Shown: one piece after another, positions 62,613 through 64,000 of the stretch | How the letters are laid out: each line of letters opens with the position of its first letter | Position numbering within the stretch: position 1 is the first letter of the stretch | Source: Bryobacterales bacterium | GTDB taxonomy: Bacteria; Acidobacteriota; Terriglobia; Bryobacterales; UBA6623 | DNA: 64,000 nt | Reading direction: 5' to 3' | Assembly: GCA_963422375.2 (NCBI GenBank) | Contig: OY729428.2 | Location: forward strand, 3,552,001-3,616,000 | Position numbers and translations under genes: made by a program | The notes under the pieces: model-generated | What the model saw: only the letters and a program-made list of their open reading frames with translations | Databases searched by the model: none | Told to the model about the DNA's origin: nothing

Positions 62613-64000
62613 TCAGGGCAGAGGCGGGTGCCGGGGCACGGTGACGACATAGGTGCCCGAAATCTTGTCGTGCCACGCCTGCCGCCGCGGATCCCAGAGG
62701 ATCCAGAGCCAGCCCAGACCGACCACCACGACCGAGACGATGGTCGCGAGGCCTCGCACCAAGGAGTCCGAGAACTGCAGCGCCCCCCCGTCCACGCGCA
62801 CGACGCGCAGCTGACAGACCAGCCCGCCGACCGTAGTCGCCTTCCACGCCCACAGAACGACGTGGTAGACCAGCGCTAGGACGAACGCCTGGCTGGAGTC
62901 GAATCCGAGCAGCAAGGCGGAGACCGAGAGCAGGAAGGCATCGACCGCCACGGCTCCCGCGCGGCTCGCGAACCTCGCGACCGGGTATTCCGAGACGTCG
63001 GACGCAGGCACCTCCGCGCCGGCACCGGCTAGGGACGCGTCGCCCAGATCACGGATCGGAGTTCCCCCGGCCGCCGGCGCGGGATACTCCCTGCGCAATC
63101 CTGCGAAGACGGTCGCCGCCCCCGCGCCCAGACCGATCACGCCCACGGTCGTCCAAGCGACCATTCCAAGGACCGGGACCATGTAGGCAAGGCAGGCCGC
63201 GGCCATGCCGATGAGCAGGGAGCCGGTGGCCGCGACAACGCCGCCGGCCGGCCCCTCGGGGCGAATCCTGCTCCCGATCCAGCGGAAGACGCTCACGCGT
63301 CCGAAGATGCCGACCAAGAAGAGCGCCAAGTAGAGAAACGGGATCACGGGAAGGCCCACGAGGGAAACCGCGAGCAGGCCCGTCACGGGGCCGAGCAGCA
63401 GCAGGACCAGCAGGCCGACCAAGCAGGCGGTCAGGGGCTTGCTGTCGAGCACTTCCGCGCAGGCCCGCACGGGCTGCTCGAACACGATGTTGAGGCCGAG
63501 GTAGCTGAGGGCGACGACAAGGAAGACGAGCCAGCTCCAGGCCAGAGCGGGCGCGAGCGGGCGCCCCCAGAGAAGTCCGTCCTGCACCCACGTGCCAGCG
63601 GACGCGAGGAATCCGCCCGGCGCGAAGTCGAACAGGGTCGCTTGGTCACCGCCCGCGGTGAATCCGGGCGGGGCGATGGTCGAGCCCCCGATGGTGACCA
63701 TATCCCCTTCGACTTCCGCTCCGGGGTCGACCGTCAGGGAGCCCCACACGACGGCCAGGTCGCCGGCGACCCGGGCGTCGCTGCCGAGGCGAGCGTCTCC
63801 GAAGACGCAAGCGAGGTCCCCGCGAACGGTGCCCTCGATGACGACGTCACCTCCGACCACGACAACGTCGTCGACCTCCTCGCCGGCGGGCAGCACGAAA
63901 TCCGAGTTCAGTCGCGCGATCGACGCGGGCTCGGACGCGTCGTCACCGGCAGGAGGCTGCTCGGCCTGCCCGAGGTCGGGGACGTCGGGGGCTTGCGCGA
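62613..64000 (-). CDS. Membrane protein with beta-helix-like N-terminal part and C-terminal RDD domain (5' end outside window)
   Basis: Repeated GDV.I.G.V.GD units, several TMs, RFASRAGAVAVD...T.GG....LRVV...RQAWHDKISGTYVV; frame open to the window end. Confidence 0.8.
   Translation of the reverse strand, partial: AQAPDVPDLGQAEQPPAGDDASEPASIARLNSDFVLPAGEEVDDVVVVGGDVVIEGTVRGDLACVFGDARLGSDARVAGDLAVVWGSLTVDPGAEVEGDMVTIGGSTIAPPGFTAGGDQATLFDFAPGGFLASAGTWVQDGLLWGRPLAPALAWSWLVFLVVALSYLGLNIVFEQPVRACAEVLDSKPLTACLVGLLVLLLLGPVTGLLAVSLVGLPVIPFLYLALFLVGIFGRVSVFRWIGSRIRPEGPAGGVVAATGSLLIGMAAACLAYMVPVLGMVAWTTVGVIGLGAGAATVFAGLRREYPAPAAGGTPIRDLGDASLAGAGAEVPASDVSEYPVARFASRAGAVAVDAFLLSVSALLLGFDSSQAFVLALVYHVVLWAWKATTVGGLVCQLRVVRVDGGALQFSDSLVRGLATIVSVVVVGLGWLWILWDPRRQAWHDKISGTYVVTVPRHPPLP

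Overview
A high-GC bacterial chromosomal window. Oar-type TonB receptor, PSD1/DUF1501/DUF1080 module, NHL and DUF29 relics and the gene orders suggest Acidobacteriota (Bryobacterales-like), possibly host- or sponge-associated; this is inference only. Intact housekeeping blocks: tsaC/trmH/rarA, ilvB-ilvN-ilvC-cimA, psd-pssA-lptE, S41 protease, a cytochrome c maturation operon with CxxxY-type CcmE, acetoacetate-CoA ligase, yggX, a macro-domain gene, and a DtxR/MntR-controlled feo operon with split FeoB followed by a PaaK-like ligase and a sulfatase. These alternate with IS-rich decaying regions (3.4-4.7 kb, 19.8-27.1 kb, 42.4-54.3 kb). The decaying regions hold two 1033-bp IS1595 copies, another IS1595, two inverted IS1380-like copies with CTAG target duplications, two ISNCY-like copies with 9-bp duplications, two MITE-like elements, IS21/IS110/TnpB relics and several pseudogenes. 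Most notable: an IS1380-bracketed TbpB-barrel-like surface protein gene with an AT-rich C-terminal patch; an IS1595 that twice landed in the terminal repeats of other elements; a strong AT-to-GC drift in dead transposases; a membrane-anchored DtxR-FeoA-FeoA fusion; a candidate IS110 bridge-RNA region; and a candidate ilv leader-peptide attenuator. No rRNA, tRNA or CRISPR array was recognised. All calls are by eye, without database searches.
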